Shown: positions 1-15,289 of the stretch, one piece after another | Position numbering within the stretch: the stretch's first letter is position 1 | How the letters are laid out: every line of letters begins with the position of its first letter | NCBI GenBank assembly: GCA_951406725.2 | Contig: OX597820.1 | Coordinates: 123,938,001-124,002,000 of the forward strand | Reading direction: 5' to 3' | Source: Octopus vulgaris | Taxonomy: Eukaryota | DNA length: 64,000 nt | Position numbers and translations under genes: made by a program | Notes under the pieces: model-generated | Database searches by the model: none | Told to the model about the DNA's origin: nothing | What the model saw: only the letters and a program-made list of their open reading frames with translations

Positions 1-54
1 GGGAGAAAATGAGAGAGAGCGTGTGTGTGTATGTATGTGTGTGTGTGTGTATGT

Positions 55-510
55 TTGTATCTGAAAGGGGTGTTAACGGAAAGGAGAAGGAAAAGAAGAA
101 GAAGGAGAGAAAGAAGAAAAAAGTTGTTGATATCTTTGCAGCTGGTCAGACTTTCAATAGTAAATGATTCTTGGCTTTTAGAAATGGCAAACCCAGCTGG
201 TCACTCCAAGGGGGGCAAAATGTCACGTTTCAAAAATTGTCTGGATTTCCTTTTTATCGTTAGAGTGTGTGTATGTGCGCGCGTGTGTGTGGGTGTCTGT
301 GTTTCTGAAAGGAGTGTCAAATGGCAAAGGAGAATGAAACGATGGATGAGGAGAAAAAGAAGACAAAAATATGGTTACATTTTTGCAACTGGTCCATCTT
401 TCAATAGTAAATGATTCTTGGTTTTCAGAAATAGCATACCCAGCTGGCCACTTCAAGGGCCGCAAAATGTCACTTCTCAAAAATATGTCTGGATTTATTT
501 TTATCATTGT

Positions 511-550
<40 letters not shown>

Positions 551-770
551 TGTGTATCTGTGTGTGTGTGCGTATGTGCGCGTTTCTGTGAGTGGGTGTC
601 ATTGTATCTGAAAGGGCTGTCGAGGGAGAAGGAAAGAAAGAGGAAAGAGAGGACATAGAAATAATTGTGTCGACATTTATACCACTGTCCAGTTCTTTTA
701 AATCCAATGTTTGATTCCTCTGCTGATATGGTTTGGAGAATGTGAATGAAATATTGTTTTTATTTATGTA
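55..770 (-). mobile_element. Probable PLE 3' end: ORF C-terminus followed by a tandemly repeated, microsatellite-containing 3' region
   Basis: Minus frame ...QTLDLKELDSGINVD resembles the LxPxGLN end of PLE ORFs. A ~240-300 bp unit (ctgaaagg...ctttcaatagtaaatgattcttgg...ctggattt) occurs 2-3 times at ~55, ~300 and ~605. Confidence 0.4.
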
Positions 771-797
771 TATGTACATATGTGTAGTTTTATGTGT

Positions 798-851
<54 letters not shown>

Positions 852-914
852 TTAATTCAATTTACTTCGCAAAATTGGTCCTTCATCTAGTACAAATTAT
901 TATAGAAATATTTT

Positions 915-1870
915 CAGCCATTCAATTTGGGGGAAAACTTTGTTATGAATTATTTTTCCATATTTCTCCTGAAGGAGGTGTCATTCTTTGGACATTTGTA
1001 GAAAAGAAAAATCTCAAATGTTCCTTCTCCACATGTATCTAGCTGTTTATTCAGTGGAATCTTTCGTAGTTTCTCCTGTCGGACATGTCAGTGAATTCTG
1101 GCTCGTTGACATTAACAATTTCCATGTGGGGCAGGTTATGCAGTATATTACGTTCTGCTTCTTGCAGTTCATGTCTGCATTTACTTTGAATATGTGACCA
1201 CTCTTAAATTTCATTTGTTGCTCTCCTTCTTTATATTTGCAGGTGGGGGTTATTGCAGATCCCACATTTACCATCTCCGCACTCTTTTACAAAGAATTCG
1301 GTTTTAGTTTCTGATGAGAATTTCACTCTTGTTAGTTTTTTTCTTGAGGTTTTTGTCTTGTCTTTTACCTTTTTATGCAATATTTGTTTAAATATGTTTC
1401 CCATTTTGGGGATTTGTAGGACTATTGGTAGGTTTGAATGTATGATTTGAAACATGTCGGTAACTCCAGGGTTGTGTGTGTTTATGAAAGGGATGATGTT
1501 TTCTTTGTTTTTTTTTTTTTGTTTTAGAGTTCTGAGTTATGTGATGTCTAGTTTCATTGCTCTTGAGATTCCATTTTTTACTAGTTTGAGTGGGTATTTT
1601 TGTTGTAGTAGGAAGATTTTAAAGTCCATCTAGTCTTATTTGGCGTGTTTGTGAGTCGGTTACTATGCTGCATATGCATCTTGCTATACTATATGGGATG
1701 TTTCTTTTTATGTGGGATAGGTTGCAGGAGTAGAAATTTAAATATTGGTGTGTGTCGGGTTTTTCTTGTCGAGGATGTCTGTTGTGATGATGGAGTTGTG
1801 TATCTCGATGTTGATGTCTAGGAAGGGCAGTTCGTTGTGGCTGGTTTCTATCGTGAAGTTGATAGAAAGT
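915..1870 (-). mobile_element. Penelope-like retroelement remnant (RT thumb + GIY-YIG endonuclease), frameshifted
   Basis: Minus-strand fragments INFTIETSHNELPFLDI, QYLNFYSCNLSHIKRNIPYSIARCICSIV, ECGDGKCGIC, MNCKKQNVIYCITCPT and TCGEGTFEIFLFYKC, in PLE order. Confidence 0.9.
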
Positions 1871-2522
1871 GGAAACGCTACCTCGATGACTGCTTCGTTT
1901 TTGAAACAGATCAGAAGAAGATCTACGAATATTACACAACATCCAGAACACACTGCACCCATCTATCACGTTATATTACAGTTCTAGATAAAGCAAAACC
2001 CTGATACTTAATTATATACACATATGTATTATTGCTGTATGTTATGATAGCGAAGGATTCTATTAGGCATAAACAAGTTTGGGTTTAAAATTATTTGAGA
2101 TATATAGAAATATATTTCGATAGTTGTAGATTACATTCCTTCAATTATTTCCTCTGTTGACTGTTTTTGTTGATTTTTAAATGTAATTAATATATAGTTG
2201 AATAGTAAACGCTCACGCACATAACACATATGCATTTGAATTAATTTTTTACAATCCACCCGTCCTTTCAAACGGAATTTCGTGTATCTTTAAATTCTGG
2301 CTCTGGTGTATATAAAGGAATTGTTTATATATATAAAAAAAAGATGTATATATGTCGAAACAAATTGTTGGCCTTTCTGATGTTTTAATATTTGTTTATT
2401 TTATATTATGTTGTATTATATTCATAGTATCATAGTATATTATGTTATATTATGATGTAAAGTAATTGGATTGTCAATTGTGTCTCTCTGTTTAATTTTA
2501 TCATTGTAATTTACACACACAC

Positions 2523-2563
<41 letters not shown>

Positions 2564-2884
2564 TATATATATATATATATATATATATTTTGGTATACAT
2601 TTTGTAACGAAATTAATACACTTTTCAGATTTGCAATTGAAGATTTCCAGTATTTCCTGCATACTTCTATACTTCTACCTTTCGATTCCATTTAAGGCCT
2701 GTTTCCCTTAACAGTTTCAGTAATATATTTTCGTTATTATTCCTCATATCGATTGCGTTGCAATAGTTGGATTCTGCAGCTGATGTTTTCGAAATACAAC
2801 AGTTTGCCTCGTCCGGTAATATTTCCTTATCTAAAATTGTATCTACCTACAAGTAATCATTTACATGTCTTTAAACTCTTTTAA

Positions 2885-3275
2885 ACGTTTCTCTCATCTG
2901 ATTGCGGCCATGCTTTAGTACCACCTTTAGTCAAACATATGGACACCAAGACTCATTCTTTGTAAGCCTAGTAGTTATTCTATCGGTCTCTTTTGCAGAA
3001 CCGCTAGGCTTCGGGGACATAAACACATCAACATCGGTTGTCATGTGATGGTGGGGGGAGGAGACAAACGAAAACACAAAGGCGTACATGCATAAATACA
3101 TCTACATATATACAACAGACTTTCAATATCCGTCTACAGAAACCATTCACAAGGCTTTGGTCGGCCCGAGGCTATAGTAGAAGACACTTACCCAAAGTTC
3201 CACGCAGTTTGACTGAACCCAGAACTATGTGGTTGGGAAGCAAGCATCTTACCACAAAACTACGCCTGCGCCTAT
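2885..3275 (-). mobile_element. tRNA-derived SINE, family A
   Basis: Minus-strand head gcgcaggcgtagttttgtggtaag...gggttcagtc with A/B-box-like motifs; core tatagcctcgggccgaccaaagccttgtg shared with copies at ~15.4 kb and ~56 kb. Confidence 0.85.
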
Positions 3276-3690
3276 ACAAGGCCACCCTGCAGCTATATAG
3301 TATATAGTTTAACAAATGATTTCCATAACTTGATTTGTGACATTCTATTCGGCCAGTCCTTTATTTTAAGCTTTATTTTGTCTTCGAGGTTTTTTTTTAT
3401 TGTCGCATTCTGTATGAAAACATCTTTGAGCAAAATCTAATACAACTTAAAATAAAAATCTAGTACGATGTTGTAATACATTGCAATTCATCGTACTCTC
3501 TAGCCTTTGAAATTTTCAGCTTTTTATCTTTTTCTTTGTTTAAGTAGTAGAATTGCAAGTTAACACAACGGCGTGAAGAACGTAGCCTAACAAATCGATC
3601 ACAATTTTTTTAAAGTATAGTTCTTATTCTTTTGGTCTCATTTACCAGCAAACATATACTAGATTGTCTGGAGATGGTATGAGACTACCA

Positions 3691-3725
<35 letters not shown>

Positions 3726-5522
3726 AACACACACAAACACTCACACACAATCACACACACATATTTATATATGACAGGCTTCCACAAAATACAAACATAA
3801 TATTCAAAGCATTAATAGCCCCTGGGCTATACTAGAAGATTCCTGAAAACATATCAAGTTGTTTTGTAAATTCTAAAATCATCCAAATTTAGGAATTTGG
3901 GAATATCGTAAAACTTGATAAATGCTGCAAGTTTGTAAATAGGAATAAATCACACACAAAAATAAATATCTGACAGGAGTTTGTTGCAGCTTGTAGCAAT
4001 TTCCTGTGCATGTCTGCGCTATCGCTCTCATATCTTGAATATAATTTTAATATATAAATTAGATGAAAATCAACATTAACGTTTTGTAACCTTCTGTTAG
4101 CACTTGCTATGTAGTTAAAGATAAATTGCTATGTATAAAACTTGAAACTTAACATGCAAAGAGATTTCACCACACAATCCCATCTTCATCTCTCCGATGT
4201 ATAACCCGGACGCAATTCACTTTTGAAAAGTATTAACAAAAGTATACATAGATGTTTGTTCATTAGGAAAAAAGATAAAGTCAGTGTGAATATGTGATGA
4301 TATTGGTTTTGGACTATTAAACCCTATTTCGGTTTTAGAAACAAATTGTTTGAAAAGTTTTCTGAAGAAGCGTTATGGTCAATCTGAATATGTTTACGCG
4401 TATAATATATATTAAAGAGTTAAATATATTGTAATAAATCTAAGCCGAGAATGTTTATTAAAACAACGTTCAGTATTTGTCGCTTATGACAAATATAATG
4501 TTATCAACCCTATCAACAAACCAAACACATATATACGTACAATACAGGTATAAATATGCATACACACCGGAATACACAGCCAATTACAATTGCTATTAAT
4601 CCTCCATATCGGGGCTCACCAACAAAATTATCAATATTCATAGTTGAGTTCGATATTTATCTGAGTATTAACTATGTTATCCCCGTTCAAATTCAAAACA
4701 CCGCACAATATATTCGGCACAATGAATGGATAATATATAAATCGATCAGGTGCGGACAAACAAATAAGAAATCCTATATATTTCACCAAGAAATAGTAAC
4801 TGTTATAAAGGAGTCGTGAAAAATGTCTTATGGTTGTGGTTAAGGAAATTAAACAAACTAAATCATGAATATATATATATATATATATGCACAGTATAAA
4901 AGAAAATAGGTAATGTTTTGGATATCAATACCAAAAGCTGGAATGCATAATGAAGACTTTATAATTCAGGTGTGTGGTGATCAAGTAGAAACAAACCAGC
5001 CTGTTCAACGAAAATTGACATTAAGCGTCCGGATTTTGACTTTTAGGCGTCAGCTTGAACGCCCTCTCAACTCCTATTAGATAATGTCCTTGAGGTCTGG
5101 CCAAACGATATTACCCGCTGTTATAGTGTCTGGAGTTCTTGACTGAAACAAGCCTCTAGTTTCATGACACATTGCCCTACGTAAATCAGATGTTCGGATC
5201 CTGACTTTTCAAAGGAATTAATACAAGGGTATAGCATGTTTCTTTGATTTACTTCAGTAAATGTAGTGTTAGCAGTAACGGCTACGAATGAGTGCTCACA
5301 GTGTCTCAGGTAACTTTCTTGTTCCACTGAAGAGAGGCATAGATGCTCAATATATAATTGCTCGGTAAAGATCGGACGTACTAAGTTGGCACATTAAAGT
5401 CTTTATATGGTTAGGAATTATTAGTGCGTTTTCTGTCAACATATGTTATATAGAAAAGCTGGACCTAAATTTTATGAACGTTGAAATGTCGATGGCATTT
5501 ATGTGGCTGATGAAAATATTGT

Positions 5523-5733
5523 TTTCTATTCTAGGCACAAGGGCCGAAATTTTGGGGGATGCGGCTAGTCGATTAGATCGATCCTAGTATGCATCTGGTA
5601 CTTAATTTATCGACCCCGAAAGGATAAAAAGCAAAGTCGACCTCGGCGGGATTTGAACTCAGAAGTAAAGACAAACGAAATACAGCTAAGCATTTCGCCC
5701 AGCTTGCTAACGATTCTGCCAGCTCGCCGCCTT
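5523..5733 (-). mobile_element. tRNA-derived SINE, family B, with 13-bp TSD
   Basis: Head ggcggcgagctggcagaa...gagttcaaat; core gtcgactttgc...cctttcggggtcgataaattaagtacc; TSD atgaaaatattgt at 5510-5522 and 5741-5753. Confidence 0.9.
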
Positions 5734-6625
5734 ATGGCGCATGAAAATATTGTCCTACTAGAAGGTTTCTGGCATATTCATATTGAATGGTTCATTAAAT
5801 ATCATGATTTTACATTACCGCATTTTACTCTGGCAGAATTAAGCCTTTCTAGAATTTACAATCTCCACGAAGTTAATTTTCTAGCGAGAGTATCGTTTTA
5901 GAAAGTGGCAGTCCTGCTAAATATGTATATTTGCATAGCATTTCCACATGCCTAATTATTACCTAATTGGTGATGCAAGCGGTGGTGTTTGAAGTATATT
6001 TAGATGTATATAATTTCCACATTTTACATTGAGTAAGCAGTGCTCTTTTGTGTTTAACTGTTGTACTAGTACTTATACTGGATACTCACTATCGACTACA
6101 TACTACTAATTGAAATAAAACTCCTTAAATAACCTTAATACATCCATGTTAAAGCTATCTATGATGTAACCGTTGATATAGCAGGAGATAGAATCCAAAA
6201 TCTATATAATGATCAAAGCTATATTTTGATAAACAATTCTACGAGATCAGGTGACTAAGCCACAACATAAGTTCCCTTAAAAATAAAGACTTAGCTTCAT
6301 AAGACTTAGCTCCATAATTATATCGCTGAACAACAGTTCCGAAGTAATTGCATTGATTAATATACGCTAGTCTTGGGTTGTCTCCATTACACTTTTACCT
6401 CCTACACAATAGAAGTTCCGATGGCTATACACTTTTGACCTGCAACATAGTCGACTAGAAGTGTCTCTTGAGCAGCAAGAATCGGCAACATGCTGTGTTG
6501 CTGACATTCTTCAACACGAAGTGACTTTCGAATAACAATGGAGTGAATGCCCAACGGCATATAAATGCTACCATATGTGTGTGTGTATGCACACATATAT
6601 ACGTGTATATAGATATGTGTATATA

Positions 6626-6662
<37 letters not shown>

Positions 6663-7118
6663 ACATAAGCATCAACATTTATATCTATATTTGTATATAC
6701 ATATATTCATGCATACATGCTGATATATATGTGAACAGATGTGTCTATATTGTGTATAGTTACATACACGTGTATTTCCTACTACACCCATGTATATAGA
6801 CACCTATACATGTGTATCTATATTTTGCGGCTGAATAAACAGTTTTTTCTGCACGTAATGGAAATCATCTTGTAAGAAAATGAAGAACTGTTCATAACAT
6901 AATGTTCTTCACCAAAAGGACGATATTATCATATAGAGTGGTATGGTGGACAAATTATTCAGAAAGCCCACACGTTTTTCAGTTAACAAATGATGAGGTT
7001 GAGCCGAACTACATCAGTGCCTCTATATAAATCTCTCAGCCTATACTATCTATCTATCTCTCTATCTATTCCAGTGTATTTCTATACATTTCTACTATTT
7101 ATATATACATACACACCC

Positions 7119-7161
<43 letters not shown>

Positions 7162-7201
7162 TATATTTATGTACATACACAAGCAAGCGAATATATATAT
7201 G

Positions 7202-7246
<45 letters not shown>

Positions 7247-7849
7247 GCAAATGTGTGTGTATACATCGATGTCCGTTTGTGTATGTATGTTCTAATGTGT
7301 GTATGAATTCTACAGCGAGAGTGTTGCTTACATTATAGTTAGTAATTTCCTGTCATTGATAAAGAAAATTTCCTCACTATCGTCGCGTATCACAAGCTCT
7401 TCACTGAGCAACAAGTTCATTTTTCCTTAGATCGCATCACATCAAAGAACTTTACTTTATTCAAAGACCTACTTGTACGGTTACTTCTATATCTATATGG
7501 CAATTGTATCAACCACTGAATTGCAAATGAATTGAACTTGCCCTTGCATATATATAGAAATATCTTTTCAGATAACACAAACCTCATCTTTATCTGACTA
7601 CGGAGAAGCCGCAAAAATATACACGCAATTCAAACTCAACATCCAGTTAGTAAACTGAACTCCTCATGCGTTATCAGAAACAAGAGTTAACCGAATTTAT
7701 ATGGACTGTTCATCTCCTACAGATATTTCGGATTGTGTCCAACTGTACCTTCAGATTGTTTTGGGGTCTCTCGTTTTTGTGTTTTCGTTCGTTGCACTCT
7801 ATCCGTGCCCAGTGGCTTACTAGCGAAAAATATGATTTGTGTGCCGACT

Positions 7850-8285
7850 TCTGCTTATGTGGCATTGTGCAGAGTCCTGTTGCCAGACATACGCTCTTCC
7901 AGCAACTACATTCTTGAGCAGCCCTACCTTCTCCAGGAATTTGATTTAGGCATGGAGGCATAACGTCGCTATCCCTTTTGATCACTCCAAACACCATGAT
8001 GGTAGATGGATTTTTGATTTTTATCATTCTCGGTACATGCACTGTACTAACATTGACACCCAAACAGTCTGAAATTTTCGTATTGGAGCTCCCGGCGCCA
8101 TTACCAAGCAGTACAGCATGTCCTTTCGAAATTTCTGGAAGAGTGAATTGTTCCATGGTGCTGTTTTTCTTACAGATGATGCCTAAGTGACTCTGCTATA
8201 TTGAGAAGACAGAAAAATCAAAAACAAACAAAGCAAGTGCGCGAAACAAAAAATATAAAAATAGCATTTTGCCCATCGGACCCTG
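7850..8285 (-). mobile_element. Internally deleted Tc1/mariner (maT/DD37D-like) transposon, 5' end with TIR
   Basis: HTH-like ISDCLGVNVSTVH fused to KNPSTIMVFGVIKRDSDVMPP; terminus reads TA|cagggtccgatggg on the minus strand. Confidence 0.7.
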
Positions 8286-8469
8286 TATATACATCTATAC
8301 ATTTATACATATATCATCTCGCGAGATACATCTGTACCGCCGGATACTCCTGAACCAGGTGTTGAGTGATACACCCATGAGGGATCGACGCTAGTTGTGT
8401 CGAAACAGTTGTCGTGATTCATAATAAATTCTCATATATTCCATCATCTGTCTTTCATCTGTATATATA

Positions 8470-9637
8470 CAGGGGACAAAATAAATGAAACATCTTAAAA
8501 TCTCAAGCAAATTTATTTAAATATAGGGTAGGACTGACTTTGGCAGTAATTACAGCTTGAATTCTACGAGGTATGGACTCGTACAATGTTTCAATTGTTT
8601 TCAAAGAATTTTTGTCCATTCTACAGCTAAAGCACTCTCCAGTTCCCTTAGTGATGATAGCGGATGATATCGACTCCTTATTTGTTTCTATAAATGCACC
8701 ATAAATGTTCAATAATATGGAGATCTGTGGACTGTGGTGGCTAAATAAGATGTTCTACTTCACTAGAAGGTTCCTCGTGCCATTCAGTAACAATTTTAGA
8801 TGCGTGAAAGACGGCGTTTCACTTCGGAAACAGTTCCGCAACCATAGGATGAATTTGATCAGATAAAATGCTCAAATAGTCTTGACTATTAATTCTGCCA
8901 TGAAGGGAAACTATCGGGCCGGCGGATTTCCAAGTTATATCCCCGCAGATCATCACAAACCCTCCTCCATGTTTCACACTTGGAAGAAGGCAGTATGGGT
9001 TAAATGCTTCTTTTGGCTATCTTCACACGTAGACTCGGTCGGTGATTGGAAAGTAGGTAATGGATGACGCATCCGAGAATATAACATTCTTCCACTGATC
9101 TAGGAACCAATTCTGTGGGTTTTACTCCATTCTAATCGCTTTGCAACGTTCGATTTTGAAAATAGTGGTTTCCTGATTGCAACCCACCCGTCAAATCCGG
9201 CTTTGTGCTGCCTCCGGCGAACAGTTTTTATTGAAACTGGTTTCTCGAAGTGGTCATTAAGCTCTGCGGTAATTTTGAGAGCTGTAGTTTGGTTATCCTT
9301 CCTAACAATTCACGAAAGAGTCCGACGGTCCCTATCCGAAATGTTTGGTTTTCTTCGGAATTTTTGTTTCGGCGAGGAGGTTTTTCCTCTTTTTCAAAGA
9401 TTGATTACTTTCGAGACAGAACCTCTTTATGCACCAAACATTTTGGCTGTTTTCTTTACGCTAGCACCTGCCATACGAGCACTAACTATTTGACCTCTTT
9501 TAAACAGCAATTTTAGCAAATTATATTAAGCAACAGTAATAATAAATCTAAACACATAAAAATAAACAAACTTTTGATGGTTTTATAGATATTTCAAAAT
9601 TATGATGTTAGGTATTTCTATTATTTTGTCCCCTCTG
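8470..9637 (-). mobile_element. Tc1-like DNA transposon, full span, decayed transposase
   Basis: TIRs caggggacaaaataaatgaaac and tttctattattttgtcccctctg, both flanked by TA; C-terminal LYESIPRRIQAVITAK. Confidence 0.9.
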
Positions 9638-9742
<105 letters not shown>

Positions 9743-10244
9743 GTGCATGTGTGTATCTGAATTTGCGTAAATGAGCAGACAATAATATCAGTTGAAATAA
9801 GTTACAGCATGGTCTGGTTTTCCCATTTTTTATTATATTTTTTTGATAAACTATAAATGTTCTTACTATGTTAAAGTGTTTTAAAATTAAAATAATATTT
9901 TGTAATGTTGATAACATTCAATTAGCAATTTGATACGTTCATATTAATCATCAGATTTTAAAATGTATTTAACTGGCATTTGACTTCTTGTCAACTGTAG
10001 AAAAGTTATTGACTTCCTTTTTACAACACTTAGAATGCTCCAACAAGCCGATATTACTGGCATAAGTCCCGATTTTATTTTAACCACAAAGCCAATTAGT
10101 AATGGTTTTATGAGTGAGCAAAAGAAGTTGGTATCGTTCGTTTTTATTTTAATTGGTTGGAGTCTTCTGTAACTTGTTTATATTCATATGTTAAAGATAC
10201 TTTTTAAACCACATCATTAATTGGTTGTTATATTATTGTTATTT

Positions 10245-10480
10245 CCCATTCGGAATACGTTTGAACATTTTGATAAACCGTTTTTCTTTTAACGTTTTCC
10301 AACCTCACTTGTGTCATCTAGCTTGTGGACAGGAAGAATTGGAACCATTTTCTGACCACATGTTTCTATATGTATACCCAATAGAATTTGGCGAACATTA
10401 GTATTCCAGTCTGTGGACTCGTGAGCGTCCCGATAATGCATTCTCTATCTTGCCAATATATAGTTCCTCGCAATTCGAGC
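10245..10480 (-). mobile_element. PLE GIY-YIG endonuclease C-terminal fragment (not in ORF track)
   Basis: Manual translation across frameshifts: CSNCEELYIGKIENALSGRSRVHR / RQILLGIHIETCGQKMVPILPVHKL / KEKRFIKMFKRIPNG. Confidence 0.75.
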
Positions 10481-10502
10481 ATATACACACACATATATAC
10501 AT

Positions 10503-10546
<44 letters not shown>

Positions 10547-12189
10547 TTTTGTTGTTTCTTTCTTTCCTTCTCTCTCACTTTTTTTTTTATATCTTAAAAA
10601 TCCTCCAAAAATTCGCCGAAACACATGCTTATACACACACTTACATACATATATTCACACAAACACAGACACACACACACACCATTTATCCGAACTACAT
10701 ATTTATTTCCCAACTAATTAGCATAAATTATAAATATTAATTATAGCTTAACTTTCATTCCCTCTTTGTAATCGTTTTATAATTTTTAGAGATGATGGCT
10801 TCCTTTTATTTGGTCAATTTGTCATATTTGAATGACTGCGCTTCACTTTATTTTCTTGCTTTTTATTCCCTTCTCATGTATGATTTCCATTCCCATGATA
10901 TATATCTACATCATTTGTGACGTAGATATTGGAGGAATTGTTTTCAATACTCTTGTTTAATTGAATGATTTATGGTTAATGAAATATATGATTATGCGTC
11001 GTGCTTAATGCCATGCGTCTGTGAATTTTAACATAATTTCATATGTGACTACTCAAACATAAAATGTTATAACTGAAGAGAATGTATAATTCTCTGAACT
11101 GAGAAATTCCCAGCAGCAAGAGCTTTCAAAACTGTATACCTTAGTATTTTAAAGAATTACCATTTTCTATTGTTTACTTGTTTGTGTGACTTGCCAAAGT
11201 GTTACAAAATGTCAAATTCACTCAGATTTGTTCAGTTGTAGAGTACAAACATTGTTTCTTGGCTGAATGTAGAGGCGAGGATAACTTATATATTTAGAAC
11301 AACTTATATATAATCTAGTAGATGATCAAAGGAAACTAATCATTATTTGGGAGAATTTTATTTAACATAAAGCAGTTTACCATCTGAAATATGTCTTTAT
11401 TCAATGAAGGGACCATCAACTTACAATGAATAACAAATTAAGCAATGGCTAGAGTATTTTGTAAACATTATCATGATTTAAATAAACTTCTATCTATCAT
11501 AGTAATGCCATGTAACTGTTAGGAGCATGTATTCAAGCTCAGATACATGCACATACATATCCAGACCTTTCTAATTTCGGCATTCTACCAATTCTTCTGA
11601 AGGCGAAAACACAAGTCGCGTGTTATTTTGGAAATACCTACCTTCTTATACTTTTTCAGACAAGGGGAGGGAATTCTGCGTCAAAGGTCCTCTTATATAA
11701 AATTACCAATCGAACATTTCAATGACTCAATATAATGCGAAAAAGTACACACCATACCTAGTCAGCTTGAGGCCATGATTAGCACCAGCTGGAACAATAT
11801 TTGGTACAGAAAAGGACTCTAAGAAGATCAAACTTAATTTCACATCTAAAAATTATCACAGAGTGATGCCAATAGCTATATGCACCTGATTTGTTAAAAT
11901 ACGTGACGTTTCACTAAACAACACAGACATTGCAGCAAGTTACAAAATTTACGGAAACTTTCGTTGTTTCAAATGTTTAGTGATGTGTAATAAAAACTCA
12001 TGCAAACGGGGAAATACCAATTTTATTGCTTGATGCAAATAATGAAGTGAACAGACAGAGTCGAAAACAAGGAAGAAATAGAAATAAGTAAATAAACAGC
12101 GTTCAAAAATGGTAGGCGCGCTAGTTAGTAAGAGATAAACGAGCCTTTGTTTAAAGCAAGTTGGGGAAAGCGCTGGTTCATGGAACATG

Positions 12190-13160
12190 CTAGTTTCTAG
12201 ATCGTCTCTGGGGTTATACCACGATATACATCCACTACTGCCTGCCACAGTTCCTTCTTTCTCCTAAATTGGAGTCCATTCACGTAGACTCGCCGCTTTA
12301 GAATACCCCACGAGTTTTCTATTGTGTTTAACTCGAGGCAGCAGGTAGGCCACTCCATCTTCCGACGTCCACACAAGCCTACTTGTTGCAGATACTCTGT
12401 AGTTTTCTTCGCTGAGTTCGAGGGCTCATTATTTTGCATGAATATAATGGTTGCCTTGAAGGTGACACAGCTTTTTTAAACCAGTTTTCAAAGTAATTCC
12501 CCAGAAAGGCTATGTAAGCATCCGCAGTCAATGTAATACTTCCAGGCATTTCCAAAATATACCTCCAATAATACCTGCCCAAATCATAATAATTCTTCCC
12601 ATTTGTTGGCGCCTAAAGCGTTGATGACAATCTCCTCCATTTGCAACCCATCCCTTGCACCAACCATCAGGTTCATCAAGTGTAGCACGGATTTCATCCG
12701 TAAACAAAACTTTTGAAACTTCGTCCTTCATGTCCTTTTTTGCCTGTGTATATTTTATAAGGGAGGCCTTTTAACTTATGTCATTGCTTTACCGACCTTT
12801 TTCAGAATACGACATCGGGTAGTTCTGGACACAGTTATTTCACCAATGCGCTTGAAGAGTTCTCAACGTGCAACACTTGTGTTCTTTACAACTTCACGCT
12901 TAATTCGTTACAAGGAACCTTGAGAAATAGCCCTTTACTGAACCTTGTCGGCTCTCTTACGTACCAAATTTAACAAATGTGTTCACAAACTGGTGACATC
13001 TTCCAATTATTTTAGATATTTGTAACGTCGATTTACCTGTTGCAAGTTCAGAAGTAATAACACGTTTCTCTGAAGTAGTTAACTCACATTTACGAAACGT
13101 AATTGCGCTATTATCATTGATAATTTGGAACACTGAATGTTCGTGAAAATCATGCAAATG
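12190..13160 (-). mobile_element. Tc1-related DD37E (TRT-like) transposase pseudogene
   Basis: KVLFTDEIRATLDEPDGW and IMIWAGIIG; 37 residues from the second D position (QNN, D mutated to N) to the E of LNTIENSW; N-terminal HTH GKSTLQISKIIGR. Confidence 0.85.
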
Positions 13161-13385
13161 GACACAGTATGTTTAGACTTGAGCAAATTCTCACCTTCCT
13201 TTAAACACCACGCGAATATAACTGTTACCATTATTCTGTGGAACTTTCGTTGAATTCCCACAAGTAATTTATATAGAGAAGAAAAATGTTACGTTGTTAA
13301 TAATTCGAAACACAGTGCATGTGGATATGTACACGTATAGATACATACGTTTCCATACATACATATACACTCACATACACTTACA

Positions 13386-13464
<79 letters not shown>

Positions 13465-13617
13465 ACATATATATAATCATAATTAGGGTTCAGCTAATTG
13501 AATTTAGAAATAGGATTTTAAAATTCCTTTTCTGCTACTATAATTATCTCCATGACGGTAAACATACTTTTTTACAAAATCAAAAAGAAAAACAATGAAT
13601 CAACACGACCAGGATTA

Positions 13618-13680
13618 ATTATATACGCTTTTCGAGATTAAAGGGATTTAAATTTTACTTACTTCTCACTTCAGTATAAT
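13618..13680 (-). ncRNA. Minimal type I hammerhead ribozyme (A9 mutated)
   Basis: AUUAUA CUGAAGU GAGA..UCUC GAAA AGCG UA UAUAAU: 6-bp stem I, 4-bp stem II. Confidence 0.6.
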
Positions 13681-14224
13681 ATTTCCAATTTGAAAGTACT
13701 AGGCTGAATATGCACACGATCGAGTGACATCATGTAAAAGATATCCAACCAACACTTCCAAAATTTACAGAGCCGAATGTGAATACATTATTCAACCTCA
13801 ATATCCATGTGTATGCTACGGGCAATACCTTAAAAACTGCAGTATTATATCAATTAATAATAGAAGGGTAACAATTTATTCATTAAATTAATCAATTTAT
13901 TAATCAATTAATTAATAAATTTACCAAGTAGATCGGTACGTTAAAATAACCTTTATAGGTTATAAATTAATGAATGAAATAATTAAGTTAATTAATTAAT
14001 TTTACCCTTCTATTATTAAATTAAAATTATAATTTACTCCATGATAGAATACTGCAGTTTTCTGCGGTATTGCTCGTAGCATACACATGGGTATTGAGTT
14101 TGAATATTGTATTCACATTCGGCTCTGTAAATTCTGGAAGTGTTGGTTGGATATCTGTTACATGATGTCACTCGACTGTGTGTATATTCAGCCGTAGCAC
14201 TTTCAAATTTTATAAATTGGAAAT

Positions 14225-14287
14225 ATTATACTGAAGAGAGAAGTGAGTAAAATTTAAATCCCTTTAATCTCGAAAAGCGTTTATTAT
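14225..14287 (+). ncRNA. Minimal type I hammerhead ribozyme
   Basis: AUUAUA CUGAAGA GAGA..UCUC GAAA AGCG UU UAUUAU; core intact, one stem I mismatch. Confidence 0.65.
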
Positions 14288-14544
14288 TAATCCTGGTCGT
14301 GTTGATTCATTGTATTTCTTTTTGACTTCGCAAAAAATTATGTTTACCGCCATGGAGATAATTATAGTAGCAGAAAAGGAATTTTTGACTCCTATTTCTA
14401 AATTCGGTATGTAGTGAAGCAGTTAGCTGAACCCTAATTATAATTAAGGGGATAGTTTTACCTAGAGAGATTATTTTAACGTACCAATCTAATTGGTAAG
14501 ATTATTAATTAATTAAATTAAAAAATTTCCTTCTCTATTATTAA

Positions 14545-15180
<636 letters not shown>

Positions 15181-15289
15181 TTGTAAATTTAACCGGAGTA
15201 TGTTCATTACTGAATTTTCATTCCGAATAAGCACGTTGTTACCGAAATGCAATTCGAAAAAGCCAGCTATTTACATAGATTTATAAGGG

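Noticed and set aside
6410-6535. Possible + strand exon KFRWLYTFDLQHSRLEVSLEQQ
   Set aside because: Weak splice sites, no recognisable homology, no partner exons.
8365-8420. HHR-like cccatgag...gtcgaaacagttgtc
   Set aside because: GAAA and stem III fit, but the core is not CUGANGA and the spacing is wrong; at best a relic.
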